Positions 63,838 to 64,000 of a stretch of 64,000 nucleotides of DNA are shown here, one piece after another. Location of the stretch: the NCBI RefSeq assembly GCF_009914755.1, contig NC_060934.1. The stretch is one strand, 5' to 3'. This DNA comes from the human T2T-CHM13v2.0 reference genome, Homo sapiens. The translations under genes were made by a program, and so were the position numbers. Within the stretch, counting starts at the first letter, position 1. Each line of letters opens with the position of its first letter. The notes below the pieces were generated by a model that saw only the letters and a list, made by a program, of their open reading frames with translations, ran no database searches and was not told where the DNA came from.

Positions 63838-64000
63838 CTTTATTTTTACTTTTTTTTTTTTCTTTTTGAGATGTGGTCTCCCTTTGTTGCTCAGGCTGGA
63901 GTGCAATGGCACCATCTCAGCCCACTATAGCCTTGACCTCCTGGGCTCAAGCCATCCATCCTCCCACCTCAGCCTCCTGAGTAGTAGGAGACCAGAGGCA
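63838..64000 (-). mobile_element. AluJ (runs off the window)
   Basis: Poly(T) followed by an Alu right arm. Confidence 0.88.

Overview
Primate (human-like) genomic DNA, mostly transposon-derived. It has abundant AluJ/S/Y, L1, L2, MIR and MaLR elements, a dense nest of ERV1 (MER4-group) LTRs at ~10.3-33.8 kb, an ancient decayed ERVL provirus at ~41-48.5 kb, and a CpG island at ~48.3-49.7 kb. The island looks like the promoter and first exon of a + strand gene I cannot name; the rest of the window would be its first intron. There is no intact multi-exon CDS, RNA gene or CRISPR array, and almost all ORF-track entries are Alu, LTR or GC-rich artefacts. I see no new enzymatic system; the interesting signals are structural. 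(1) A 137-bp inverted copy of a neighbouring LTR segment is inserted with a 14-bp target duplication. (2) A two-LTR MER61-type provirus has a perfect tRNA-Arg(ACG) primer-binding site and no normal TSD, but is flanked by a ~1-kb host duplication containing a gene-conversion tract. (3) There is a rare SVA2-type retroposon. (4) An LTR10 carries three contiguous p53 half-sites. (5) Two minisatellites are associated with L1 relics. Repeat subfamily names come from my recall of consensus sequences and identities were counted by eye; both need RepeatMasker/Dfam and alignment confirmation.
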